A program made the translations under genes and the position numbers. From positions 1 through 38,741 of IMG/VR virus record IMGVR_UViG_3300036660_000027: 38,741 bases of DNA; one strand, 5' to 3'. The notes beneath the pieces were generated by a model that saw only the letters and a list, made by a program, of their open reading frames with translations, did no database searches and was not told the origin of the DNA. Positions 37,853 to 38,741 of this stretch are shown here, in pieces. The first letter of the stretch is position 1, and every line of letters starts with the position of its first letter. This stretch comes from a virus.

Positions 37853-38741
37853 CCATCACCGCAAAGCTTGCCGATGGCACAACGCTGCAATTCCCTGACG
37901 GCACCGATCCGCAGGTTATTCAGCGGACGGTTAAGAACCGTATGGCGCAGTCTGGGGCAATCGTTTCGCCACAGGCGACTCCGCAAGGCCAACCGTCTGG
38001 ACCACCTGTAGTGGCCACCACTCCGGACGGAGGTAAGGTTTACAAAATGGAAGACGGCTCTTTGTCGTTTGCAAACAGTGACTTTTCCACCAACGATCAG
38101 GCGCAGATTGCATCTATTATGAGTGGGTCAACGCCCGCACAAGTATCTACATCGGGCTTTGACCAGGCTACAATAGCGCAGAACCCGGTTGCCAGTCGTG
38201 CCGCCAAAGTTGTTCAAGGCGTTCCATTTTTGGGGCAATGGGCGGATGAGGCAGTTGGCGCGGTATCGCCTCAAGCCGGAAGCGCCATGCGCGCATCCAG
38301 CAACGCCATGGACCGCGAGAACCCAGTTCAATCCGCAGCCTTGCAAATTGGTGGCGGTATACTCGGCACCATCCCCGCAGTATTGGCGGCTGGCCCCGCC
38401 GTCATCGCCAATGCGCCCACCAGCCTCGGCATGAGGGCATTGGCGGGGGCAACTACAGGTGGCGTTGTGGGGGCCACGGAAGGCGCTGTGTCAGGCGCGG
38501 GCGCGGCTGGTGCGGGGGGAAGACTGCGCGGGGCCGTCAAGGGGGCTGCACTCGGGGGCGCATTCGGTGGGGGCATTGGTGCAACTGGACCGGTAGTTAG
38601 CAAAGGCATTGGCGCGGGTTCTGCGGTCATTAGAAATTTCTGGAATGCGTCTGACGTTTTGACAATCATGAAGAAATTCGGCATCAGCAAGAAAGCCGCA
38701 TTGGCCTTGCGTGATGACTTCGCCGCTTTGGACCCCGCTAC
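37849..38741 (+). CDS. Internal virion / ejection protein: 5' part of the junction-spanning 755-aa ORF (continues at 128..1502)
   Basis: ATG 37849 overlaps the upstream TGA (ATGA). My hand translation is open to the window end and includes Gly-zipper-like hydrophobic stretches (GGILGTIPAVLAAGPAVIA and GAALGGAFGGGIGATGPVV). It is absent from the ORF track because it has no stop before the window end. Confidence 0.75.
   Translation, partial: MTITAKLADGTTLQFPDGTDPQVIQRTVKNRMAQSGAIVSPQATPQGQPSGPPVVATTPDGGKVYKMEDGSLSFANSDFSTNDQAQIASIMSGSTPAQVSTSGFDQATIAQNPVASRAAKVVQGVPFLGQWADEAVGAVSPQAGSAMRASSNAMDRENPVQSAALQIGGGILGTIPAVLAAGPAVIANAPTSLGMRALAGATTGGVVGATEGAVSGAGAAGAGGRLRGAVKGAALGGAFGGGIGATGPVVSKGIGAGSAVIRNFWNASDVLTIMKKFGISKKAALALRDDFAALDPA
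38615..38741. repeat. Terminal overlap copy 2, identical to 1..127
   Basis: Same comparison as copy 1. 127 nt is a common maximal assembler k-mer, so this is most simply an assembly overlap of a circular molecule. Confidence 0.95.

Overview
This window is a complete, circularly closed temperate phage genome. Bases 1-127 are identical to 38615-38741, so the unique length is 38,614 bp. The layout is lambda-like on a P22-like podovirus chassis. The host is probably a high-GC alphaproteobacterium, inferred from GapR/DUF2312-like, DUF551-like and RcGTA-spike-like genes. Going round the circle: candidate attP (5181-5433) and a tyrosine integrase; a leftward early operon (15188 down to 5434) of about 26 mostly translationally coupled small genes, including a YqaJ exonuclease / ERF annealase module and an AT-rich HNH-AP2 homing endonuclease; an immunity region with a 101-aa HTH repressor, a divergent Cro-like gene and four ATCC-N8-GGAT operators at two promoters; a rightward early/replication operon (GapR-like, PD-(D/E)XK nuclease, DnaA-domain-IV-like, T5orf172, and an initiator with an internal iteron origin); then small and large terminase, portal, GroES-like, scaffold, capsid, tail hub, tail fibres, ejection proteins (one crosses the junction and is missing from the ORF track), and a holin / GH24 endolysin / overlapped-spanin lysis cassette. 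The best candidate for an undescribed system is an AT-rich two-gene moron (a 2-TM protein plus a lipoprotein) in the slot where lambda carries rexAB. Other points worth a second look are the operator/promoter logic with apparently leaderless repressor and cro mRNAs, a coding-like ORF overprinted on the portal 3' end, a tandem pair of diverged small structural paralogs, a phage GroES, a RanBP2-type zinc finger, and a small antisense membrane ORF after the ejection genes. I saw no rRNA, tRNA, CRISPR array or transposon. All family names come from motifs I recall, not from searches. GC statements are by-eye or hand counts.
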